Shown: piece after piece, positions 12,971-23,200 of the stretch
Position numbering within the stretch: the first letter of the stretch is position 1
Layout: each line of letters starts with the position of its first letter
Assembly: GCA_013239625.1 (NCBI GenBank)
Contig: MU054338.1
Span: forward strand, 2,358,977 to 2,422,976
DNA length: 64,000 bases
Direction of reading: 5' to 3'
Origin: Lama guanicoe
Taxonomy: Eukaryota
Translations under genes and position numbers: made by a program
The notes under the pieces: generated by a model
The model's database searches: none
What the model saw: the letters and a program-made list of their open reading frames with translations, nothing else
What the model was told of the DNA's origin: nothing

Positions 12971-13283
12971 ATGACTGCCAACAGCATCTCCTCCCTGAGC
13001 GAGGAGGTCCCGCTGGCCTGGGAGTGGGTCAGCTCCTGTAAGCTCTAAGAGCCAGACATGGCAGTTGTGACATCCCAGCAAAGTTGTCTGGAAGCCACTG
13101 GCCCCGTGTGTGACACCACAGGGGGAGGATGGCGTACGGGGCCAGGGGGCCTGGAGGGCTACAGAAGCCAGCTCAGAGCCGCGGCCCAAGGCTGGCCAGC
13201 AGACAGGAACTGTGGCTCCACTGGTTACTGATATTTAAGAAGCACCTGCTGTGTACCTACCACCATTCCGAGAGCTCAGACCA

Positions 13284-13317
13284 GGCTGTTCTGCACACTG
13301 GCCACCAGGGGGCGGGC
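13284..13317 (+). promoter_or_regulatory. Candidate CTCF site
   Basis: TGGCCACCAGGGGGCG is an exact match to the CTCF core consensus; upstream GGCTGTTCT module. Confidence 0.6.
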
Positions 13318-14066
13318 TCTCCTCAGGGAAGGTTTGTTGCCACCCAGCTCTGCACCCCTTGCTGGCCCCCCGTCCTGGGCCTGGACGCCCCCCCAGGGCC
13401 CCAGCAGGTGGAAAAAGCCCTCCTCAGAAAGATCCTGAGTGCCCGGTGGCATCCTGGAGAGGAGCCTGGCTGGGAGGGAAGGCGGACACCTGGGTGTGGG
13501 TTGTGGGTGGGGGTTGGGTGACAGGGCTCCTGCTACTCCAGGCACAGGTGTGTGACACCTGGGATCCCTCTAACCCACTGCCCACGGCTCCTCAGACAAC
13601 AGGGCTCACGGACCCCTCGCAGGTGGCCACCAGGAGTGACTGGAAATTATCCAAGGACTGGGCACCCGCGCCCACAGACAGCCAGGAGGCACATGCACAC
13701 GCCAGTGGCCACCAGCAGGAAAGCTGTCCAGGGACAGGAGTGGGAGGCATCCAGAGGGGCACCATCCTGGAGGCACTGTTGGCCAGCACAGGCACCGCCC
13801 CTCCAGGCCCCCTCGGCCTCCTGGGCCCAGGGCTGGGTCCTCGGGGCTCTGCCCACCCCACCCTCCACATTCCTCCCTGAAACTCAAGACGCTGGCAGGA
13901 CAGATGGGACTTTCACCGTCTGATGACAGGTGCTTATTTGCTTTGCCAGCACCTGGGGACCAGAGAGGCGCAGTGAGATACGGAGGCCACAGAGCAGGAT
14001 GCGGGCCCCGAGCTTGCTCGCCCGCCCTCAGGGGGCGGGTCAGCGTGGGGCCCGCAGGACACTCAC

Positions 14067-14098
14067 CTCCACCGGAGTCGTCCTTTTCTGGGCCGAAC
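14067..14098 (-). CDS. PIP5K1C: PIP5K1C coding exon 2, 32-nt micro-exon ((G)SAQKRTTPVE)
   Basis: Polypyrimidine tract + CAG acceptor and GAG|GTGAGT donor; restores frame between exons 1 and 3; similar to human (G)LAQKKAAPTE. Confidence 0.9.
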
Positions 14099-14572
14099 CT
14101 GAGGGCGAGAAGGAGGACTTCAGTCTGGCAGGTGGCCAGGCCTCCGCCGTCAGCGGTCCCCTCCACACACGCCCTGGCCCCCAGCGTGGGTCCCAGGGAC
14201 CCTGCACGGGGACAGTTCTGGAGACAGGATGGCCGAGGTGCAGGACTGACGGAGCGCTGTCAGGAGCAGGGCAGCCAGCGCCTGGGCCTCATGGTGCAGG
14301 GAGGAGAGAGGGCACAGCCCACCGCCTGGAGGGCACAGTCGGGGGCCCAGGGCTGGGGCAGCCAAGGATGCTCCCTGGTTCCCATCCACACAGCCCCCAG
14401 CTGGGACTGTGGAAGAAGGCTCCTGGCAGGAAGGCCAGCAAGTTCCGTCTCTCAGGACCATTCGCTCCAATCCCCGGGCCCCAGGGAGAGGTCTCGGGCC
14501 AACCACTGGCCCCTCTGAGCTTGGTGTCCTCACCCAGGACGCAGGCTCCTGCTGAGGATTATCTTCGGTGAA

Positions 14573-15018
14573 TGTGGTCGGCAGATCCACCGCTGCCCGC
14601 CCCCCGCCCAGCAAGGACATCCACATTCTGATCCCAGGATGGGCTTTGCAGGCGGGGTTAAGTTAAGGCCCCTGGGATGGGGGTGACCCTGGATTCCCCG
14701 GAGTACCCCGTGTCCTCACAGAGTCCTCATCAGAGGGAGGCGGGAGGTCAGAATCAGAGAGAGACGGGGATGCTGCGCTGCTGGCGGTGAGGGTGGAGGG
14801 GGGGCCACGAGCCAGGGATGCGGCGCCTCTGGAAGCTGGAAGAGGCAGGAGCCGCTTCTCCCTGGAGCCTCCGGAGGGACCAGTCCTTCCCACGCTCGGT
14901 TTAGCCCCGTGGGGACTAAGTCGGACCCCTGACCTCCAGAACTGTGAGAGAATCATTCTGTGCTGTTTTAGACCAAGTTTGTGGTGATCTGTCACATCTG
15001 CAACAGGAAATTCATACA
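14573..15018 (+). mobile_element. MLT1D-type MaLR solo LTR, copy 1
   Basis: TGTGG...TACA termini; internal GAGCCTCC, GACCTCCAGAACTGTGAG and TTTGTGGT motifs. Confidence 0.8.
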
Positions 15019-15129
15019 TTCGTCTCTGCCAGGTGTCAGCTTGGAGACAGGAGGCAGGGGTGACCAGGACAGACCTGGCCACCCCCCCACCAAAGGGCTC
15101 ACAGTCAGAGGGGAGCAGACAATGGCCTG

Positions 15130-15420
15130 GACAGTGGAGCGAGGGCCAGGAGGGTGACTTGGAAAGCAGGTGGGGGAGCAGCAAGGGAGGCCTTGGGCTT
15201 TTGCCCTCAGGGAGGTGGGACCCCTGCAGCGCTGTGGGCACAGGAGGGCCCTGAATGAGGGCCTCACAGGCGCCCTCCGGTGGTCTCTGTGGAGGAGGAC
15301 AGATTGTGGGGGTGAGGGTGGGAGCTACTGGTCTGGGGGTGACGACGGGGTGGGCCAGGGTAGCCAAAGTGGAGGGAGCAAGTAATAAGTGGGTGGGCTC
15401 TGGGGAGATCTGACACCAGA
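15130..15420 (-). mobile_element. L2 fragment (GC-shifted core)
   Basis: Reverse-complement match to the 17.5-kb L2 core. Confidence 0.6.
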
Positions 15421-17399
15421 ACAGACAGGCTGCGCCTCCCAGAGGCGGACTGAAGAAAAGCAAGGAGTCGGGAGTAACCAAGGGCTCTGGAGGAGCTCAC
15501 AGAGGATGGCGCTGCCTTGGCTGAGACCGGGACAGGGCAGCAGTGGGTCTGGGGATGGCTGGGTGCTGGGTGGCCACACTGAGTGTGAGCGCCTGTGAGC
15601 CTCCCAAGTGGGGACGTTGAGGGCCAGCTGGGCCCCAAATCAGGAGCTCAGGGGAGGCCGGGGCTGGAGATAGGGCTGTGGGCAGCTATCTAGGGGAGAC
15701 AGGGTTGCAGCCCCAGGAGTGGACAGGCTGCCTGAGAGGGGTGTGGGTGGGGAGGGGAGAGGCCCGAGGACCCAGGCCTGGGTTCACGAGGGACAGGGGC
15801 CCAAGCGGCCCAGTTGAGGGGTCAGGACACCCACTCTGTCCATCTTCTTCTAACTCCCAGCTCGGGTCAGGGCTGGGGAGTGGGCAGTGACTGCTAAGCA
15901 GGATGGGGTTCCCTCTGGGAGGATGATAATGTTCTGGAATCAGTGGTTTAACGGCCGCATAACATGGGGAAGACACAAACACTGAACTACATGCTTAAAA
16001 GTGACTTTTATGGTACCTGTGCAATATCAATTCTCTCAATAAAAACCATCAACACGATATGATGGCTGTGGTGCGGCCAGGCTGGCTGGGTGTGGACTCC
16101 TAACGGCCACCCCCCAGGTGCCTATCTGTGCATGCCAGGCACCGGGTGCCGAGACCCCCATGGGATGGCCCAGGTAGGGAAACGGGCTGCGTGGGCAGCG
16201 GGCTGAGGCCACGGTCGCAGCAGCAGGCCCCACAGGAGGACCCCGCCTGCAGAACAAAGCTGACAGGCCCTGGAAGGCTGACGACTGCACCAGGACGGGG
16301 CCCACCAGCCACATGTGCCCACCGGCGACGTGAGGGGCCCCCAGCCCGGCCTTGGGGACGAACTGGGCTCAGCCCATCCCGAGGCCCAGCAGGCGGCAAG
16401 CAGTGGCGGAAGGTGCTGGAAAGCTGATATAATATTTTCGTTGGCCGACCAACAGCAGAACAATTCATGGGCTTGCATCTGGGGTGTGGGGGGAAGGAAG
16501 AGGGGCAGAGGCAGGAAGCGGCGGTGGGCCGGGTGGAACGTTCCAGACCTCATCTGGGGGCCCTGGTGTCGCTGACTTGGGCCAGCTGCCCTCCTGGGGC
16601 ACCTGGGCCCAGGGCCCACCCCCATGCCCCCAAGCTGGTCCAACACTGAGGTCCTGACCCCCACCTCCCAAGGCCTCTGCACTCTCAGGCCTTTTGGGCA
16701 GCGCGGTCCTGCCAACACCATGCCCTCAGGACACCCAGCTGACTGAGTGGCACCTCGGGGTCTCCCCTCTTGGTGCCTAGGGCCCCCCTCCCCAGGCCTC
16801 TGTAGGACTCACATGCTGGCTGATAAACAGGGACCGGCCCCTACCCCGAACATCCCCAGATGGGCTCCCCGCTGGCCCAGGTCACAGGGTGGGGGCAGAG
16901 CCCTTCACAACCTCCCAGTCCTGCCATCCGCACGCTGCACTCACTCGGTGAAATTTCCATTTGGAACCTTGTCGGTAAACCCTGTGACCAGGTGACCCCG
17001 TAGCAGGAGGTCACAAGGTTCCCATGCCCACTCCCACCAGCCGGGCCAGGGACCATGCCAAGACGTCAGGCTTCTCCCAGCCCAAGACGTGACCAATTAT
17101 CTTTTGAATGAGCCACACCATTTTCGAGGAAATTAAGTTTTAAAAATAGCCTAGGGGAGGGGGAAGCGAGAGGCACTGCAGAGCGGGGGTGATCTGGGGG
17201 CACAGCTGTGCGGGGGGGCTGTGTCTGGCCCCCCAGACACCCAGAGGCCTGCGGACAGAGGGACGCCACACCCCCTCCCCCGCACTCACAGGACTGCTCC
17301 TCCACATCTGACATGGAAACAGGCCGAGAAAGCTCACCAAGGACCCAGGGAGGGGCCGTAGCATCTGTCCTTCAGCAAGGTCACTAGGGTCCACCTTGA

Positions 17400-18040
17400 A
17401 GTCTACCCAGGATCTTCCACTGCTCCCTGCTCTGCTCAAACCCCGTCACTGCCCCCTGGACCCGCGTAGTCCCCTCCACCCTGGTCCCTGGCTCCCGCCC
17501 TCATTTCCACAGTCCATCCTTCCCGCAGCAGCCACCAGAGGGTGTCAGTGAGCCCCTGAGTCAGGCTCTGCCCCTCCTCTGCCCACAGCCCTCCAGGGTT
17601 CCCACCTCTTTGGGGTAAAAGCTCACGTCCTCCCCAAGACCCTGCACGACTTGCCCGCCATCCCCTCCGTGTCCTTCCCTTCTCTCTCTCTCCCCCTCAC
17701 TCACTCTACTCCAGAAACACAGGTCTCCTCATTGTTCCTCCAATATGCCAGGCACAGTCCTACCCCAGGACCTTTGCACAGGCCGTCCCCACTGCAACCT
17801 GAAACACCCTTCCCCAAGACCCTTGCAGGGTTTGCCCCCTTGATTTATCCAAGATCTGGCTCAGAGGTCACCTCCCTCAGAGAGGCTGTCCCCTGACCAC
17901 CTGGCCCCAAACTGCCCTCCGAGGCCATTCTCTCCACACCCCTGGCTTTGGCCATCTTCCCAGCACTCAGCACCACCGGTGCTTGTGTGTTGCATCCCCG
18001 TAACTACAGGGGGCCAGGTCTGGTTTGTCACTCACCAACA
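17400..18040 (+). mobile_element. L2 LINE 3' fragment (GC-shifted core)
   Basis: GGGTAAAAGC...CCCTGCACGAC; GGACCTTTGCAC; CTCAGAGGTCACCTCCCTCAGAGAGGC. Confidence 0.75.
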
Positions 18041-18939
18041 GGCATGTGCAGAGGGGAGAGTGCCAGCTGGAAAGGGGTGGCAGGGGGCACGACGCCCGTT
18101 GGACCACTGCAGGGGCTGTTCCCCCAGGGTAGGGCTGTTGCCCAGAGCACTGACCGCCTGGTGTCCAGGACAGGGCTGGCTCCTCATGACTCAGAGCAAA
18201 CAAGAAAGCATGAGGCAGACGGGCCTGCAACGCTGAGAAACCAGGAAGCAGCACCGGGCCAGTCGCGTGCTCACTTCCCGGATAAGCTGGAACTATCTGG
18301 CCGTCCTTTGGGCCTCCTGCTGCATGGGGCTCTGACCCCGGGAGCAGAGTCCTGCAGGGAGGCTGGCACTCCACGGGCATGGCTCAGGGCTGGGACACCC
18401 CCCCAGCCCCACAGAGGCCTGGCCCGGCAGGACCAGGGTGGACGGGATGCCCACAAGCCACAGCCGGAATCTGCTTGCTAAGCTGTGAGCAGGGCTCCGT
18501 GGCCGAGTTCCCGCAGCCGCATGACTCGCTGAAGTACAGAATTCCACGGAAGGGACTGTGTGGCGTCAGGACCCTTCCGGTCCCACACTCTGAGAACCCT
18601 GAGCTGTGAGATCCATGCTGGGGCCCTGGGGAGACCAAGCTGGGGGAGAGGGGCTGGCACCCCTGTGGAGGCCTGAACTGTGGAAGTTTATGCTGCTGGA
18701 TGCACCCAGCCCAGATCACAGAATCGCAAGCAAATGTGCGTTGTTTGAAGCCACAAAGCTTCAAGGTGGTTGTTACGGAGCAACAGCTGACCAGAGCAGG
18801 TACCATGTTGCCATGCTAAGAGTGGTTCTAAAAGGAATACACAAGGTCCAGTTCCAGGGACGACTCCGGGGACAGGAGAAAGGGGTGAGCACTTTACTCC
18901 CTCCGTCCAACTCGGACTCCTCACATGCAAGGAAGCATT

Positions 18940-19315
18940 AAAAATGCCCACATGACAGATTATCCAGCCGTGACCAGGAGAGCAGCCCTGACACCCGCTC
19001 CCACGTGGACAGACCCCGAGAGCATGACGCTCAGGGAGAGAAGCAGACACAGAAGGACACACAGTGTTTGAGTCCACGGATGTGAGACGTCCAGAACAGG
19101 CCAGTCCCCAGACCCAGAGAGGGGGCTCCTGGCTGTCAGGGGCTGGGGGGGAGGTGACTGCTGACGGGGACAAGGTTTCTTTTGGATGAGATAGCAGGTT
19201 CTGGACTTAGATGGTGGTGATGGGGGCACAACAAAGTGAACATAATAAAGACCACTCAACAGTGTATTTTAAAAGGTTAATTTTATGGTATGTGAACTAT
19301 ATCAAAAAAATTTTT
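18940..19315 (+). mobile_element. L1M (L1MB-like) 3' end, GC-shifted copy B
   Basis: Same core as copy A; ends TTTTATGGTATGTGAACTATATCAAAAAAA. Confidence 0.75.
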
Positions 19316-19794
19316 TTTGAGGAATGAATCCTTTTTGTTGCCAAGACACCGCCCGGGTGCATACTGCGGAGCCGGCTCCAGACCCCGCCCCTCGGCAGCT
19401 GGGATGCTGCAAAGCAGCCCCGGTTTCCCCACGCCTGAAACAAGGTCGTGTGACCGACGGAGGCGCCTGACCTCAGGAAGGGCAGCCCACCCTGCAGGCT
19501 GGTGCTCCCCCAACCTCCTGCAGGGAAGGACCAGGTTTTCCTTCAATTTCCAACCCATCCTGGACAAGACATCCATAAAACACAGTCAAAATCCCCCCTG
19601 GAGGAGTGAAGTTTAGACACACAAGATGAAGCCCCAGGATATGTGGCTCTGATCCAGCGTCCATGCAGCTGCCTCCAAACCGGACAGGAGTCACTGCCAG
19701 AGACCCTCACCTCCCGGACGAACCTTGTGGAGGAACCAGCCTCGGCCCCGCCTCCCTGGAGGGAGGTGCATGGTACCTGAGCAGTGTGGGGGCT

Positions 19795-20000
19795 CCATTT
19801 GCTAACCCGGGCCCCCCAGCACCAGAGACATGGGCGCCAGGTCATTCTCAGGGGCATCCCGGGCACTGTGGGGCGTGGAGCAGCCTCCCCGCCACCCCTG
19901 ATGCCAGGGGCCCCTCGGTTGTGACAGCCACAGATGTCCCAGGGGCAGGGTGGCCCAGGTGGGACTGTCTGCACTGGCCCCTGTGGTTGAAAACCCTCAG
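19795..20000. mobile_element. MER20 copy, GC-shifted
   Basis: CAGGTCATTCT...GCACTGTGGGGCGTGGAGCAGC...GTTGTGACAGCCACAGATGTCCC. Confidence 0.65.
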
Positions 20001-20639
20001 ATGAGACGTTTATGATGACAGTGACAGCACGTACCTTGCCCACTGCCATACGGGCCCTGCCCCTCAGACCAACCCCACCCCCAGGCTGGAGAGGCAGCCA
20101 CACTGAAAACTCTACCTCTCGGAGAGGAGGAGAATTTAGACACGCAGCTGAGAGCACCCATGACACCCCCCACTCACCCCTAACTCCACACTGACCGGGT
20201 GAGACGGGGACTGGCCTCTGCAGTCTGCACGGGGACCTGAGGCCGATGGGCCCCACAGGAAAGCAACAGGCCTGAATGCAGGCGCCCCGGACTCCACAGC
20301 CCTGCGCCCCACGAGTGTGTCCCCTGGGTATGTGCCACTGGGAACCCCCTACGTGGGCTTGCTTTCTGCTGTACAGTGTCGATGTGAGTTGAGTGGACTT
20401 TCAAAATCACAGTGTTTTGGAGAAAAACCTCGGTTTCTTGAAAAACGAGCAGATTTGGACACACAAGGCCAGCATCCTCACCTGTCTGCACCCGTGCTCT
20501 TGCCCCACACAGTCTGTTCCCACCACGGCAAGCAGAGGGCACCTGCGAGCACTGGGGGCAGACGCCACCTGACTGAATGATCGGTCACTTCACTACCACC
20601 ATTTTACAGAAGGGGAAACACAGTTTGGAGACTTAAGAA

Positions 20640-21670
20640 GTTACCCTAAAAGTCAAAGGGGAGAAACCCTATGATCATATCTCAGAATCTAGAAAAGCAG
20701 TCCACAAGACTCAACATGAATGCCATGTCCAGAAAACTTCTAAGAAACTAGAGAAAAGGGGAAAAAATTAAAAGGACAGGGGTGGGTTGTGGAGTAGGAA
20801 CTAGCTTTACCCTAAACAAGATCAAAACAAACACTTAAGGCAAACACATTAATATCAACAAGACAAGGAGCGCGGCTGTGAGCGCTACTACTGCAGGGGG
20901 ACGCCGGCCAGTGCCACAAGACAAGAAAAAATCAAAGGAATGAAAACTGATAAAAAAAAAGACAAAATTTTACAAAATCCAAGTGACCAACCACTGAATT
21001 AAACGGAGCAAATCAAGGTGGCCAGATAGACACCAGCGACTCACTGGGGGTCACACAGCAAGCACGTTGGGAAGAGGCAGGATCGGGGAGCTTCTGCCCC
21101 TTGCACCCACCACCTGCTCTTACATGTCTGCCTGGCCCTGGTTTCACACTTGAGTTAATCTTCACCTGTCGAATTTGCATGACCTCTCTGGTCAACACAC
21201 TATTAACAAAGGGGGCTGCTGATCTTTCCCTCACCAGGGTCACACCTGGTGCGACGCAGAAACAGGCGTGAATCTGGGGTCAACACCACACAGCGACAGA
21301 AATACAGGGCTTCCACGTTCTGGTATTGTCTCAGACCTACAGCGCCAGTATTATGACAAGGAAGGCTAAGAAGTCTGGAGTTAATAGCTGATCAGAGTTG
21401 TTAACACTGCAAAGAACATGCTGAAAAATACCAAACTCTAGTTAACGATACACATATTCAAGTGTTTCTGGTGGAGTGTGCTGATGTCTGCAACTCTGAA
21501 ATGCACCCAAAAAATCAGAGAGGGATGCGTGAGTGATGGCTGGGCTGACGGTCAGATGAAGTAAGTAGAGAAAATGTCAACTGTAGGATCCAGGCGGTAA
21601 TTAGTGAGGGTCCACTGCCCTATTCTTTCAACTTTTCAGCACAGTTGAAATCTTTTTCCTCCAGGTTAAA
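20640..21670 (+). mobile_element. Fragmented old L1 (L1ME-like)
   Basis: A-rich ORF2-like remnants (TATGATCATATC...AGAAAAGCA) and 3' end CTATTCTTTCAACTTTTC. Confidence 0.5.
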
Positions 21671-23019
21671 GGGGAATTCTGACTTTTGATGTCAGGTGTT
21701 TGCAAGCTTTGGAGAAACACATTTTGGAGCAGATTCCACCCAAAGAGTGTGAGTGACCACGCAGGCAGTAGTGGACACTACTGAGCACCCGTGTGCCACG
21801 CCCCAGGTTCCTGTAACACATACCTGCTCACCACACCTTGGAGAGGGTATGTGCCTACCTCAGGGCCTTTGCATTTGCTGTGTCTGCTGCCTGGGACATG
21901 CTAGCCCTACATCTCCATGTGGTGGCTCCTGTCCTCCATCACTCGGGTCTCAGCCTGAATGTCTCCTCCTGGAGAGACCTTCCTTGACCACGCCAGCCCC
22001 TTCCCCCCCTCGCACCCTCTACCAGGCCTGTTTTATTTCCCTCATGGTACACGTCACTGTCTGAAGCTAACTTCTTTATCGGCTTGCTCCTTCCTCGGAG
22101 AGCAGAGGCCAGACTGTCTTGACCGCAGCCTCTTCCTCATGACCTAGCCGGGTTCCTGGCACACAGCAGGAGCACAATAGCCACAGGCTGGATGGCGGGG
22201 GTGGGGTGCTGGGATGAGGAGGTGGGGGTGGACTGGGGAGTGAGCTCAGAGGGGGCAGCCAGGACGAGGAGAGCCCGCTGTGGGAGGAAGCAGGGCTGGG
22301 ACCCCATCACAGAGGTGGGGGCTCAGGAAGGGCACCCTGGGTGTGGCTGGACACACCTGGGAGACAGCACATGGACGCGGCAACTGAAGCCTCGGGCAGT
22401 GCCCAGTACACAGTAGGTGCTCAGTGAGTCGCCGAACCAGTCATGGCCGAGCAGCTCCGAGTCCCCACCCGCTGACCACCTGGAGCCGCGGGGCAGCGCC
22501 TGGGCCTCACAGTGAGGGGACGCAGGCAACGGTCGAGAACTCCAATACAGAGGGCAAGTCTCCAAAAACTGTTCTTCGATTCATATGAACCATTTTCTGC
22601 CTCTTGGATATCTATTTCTTCTCTTGTGGCTTTGCATTGATCACTTTGAACCATCTGGGACGGTGAATGGAATCAGGTAAAGAATGCAAAGTTCTCCCCA
22701 ACGACCCACTCCCCAGACGGCGCTCTGCCCGTTCGCTCACGCGCTCGCTGGCTCACTCATAAACTCCCGAGTGCTCCCCAGGCCCGGGGCTGCTGCGGGG
22801 CAAGTACCGTGTCTAAACATAATGTTACACGAGAAAAGAATCTAAACACCCCGAAACCACAGGGTGAGACAGCAGACACCGGCGTGTTCCCGGGTAGGTT
22901 AAACACATCTTTTCGTTCATCCCTGAAGTCAGGAGTCAGTGAACGTTTCCTGTGAAGGGTCAGAGGAGGCCTGGCAGAGGCCAGGCCAGGCCAGGCATGT
23001 GGGTCGCAGGGAGTTACCT

Positions 23020-23200
23020 GGGGGCGGTTCTCCTCCAGGGGCGACCCTACCCCCAGGGGACACTGGCCCATGTCTGGGGACACCTGTGGTCATCAGGGCT
23101 AGGGGGCTCCTGGCACCCAGTGGGTGGGGGCAGGGATGCCCAGGACAGCCCCACAGGGAGCGGGCCAGTCCGACATCAGCAGTGTCAGCAGGGCCAGAAA
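23020..23200. mobile_element. MER20 copy, GC-shifted
   Basis: CCCCCAGGGGACACTGGCCCATGTCTGGGGACACCTGTGGTCATC. Confidence 0.65.

Noticed and set aside
12166..13041. 291-aa ORF antisense to PIP5K1C exon 3
   Set aside because: Runs through intron and MER20 sequence; no domain or codon signal
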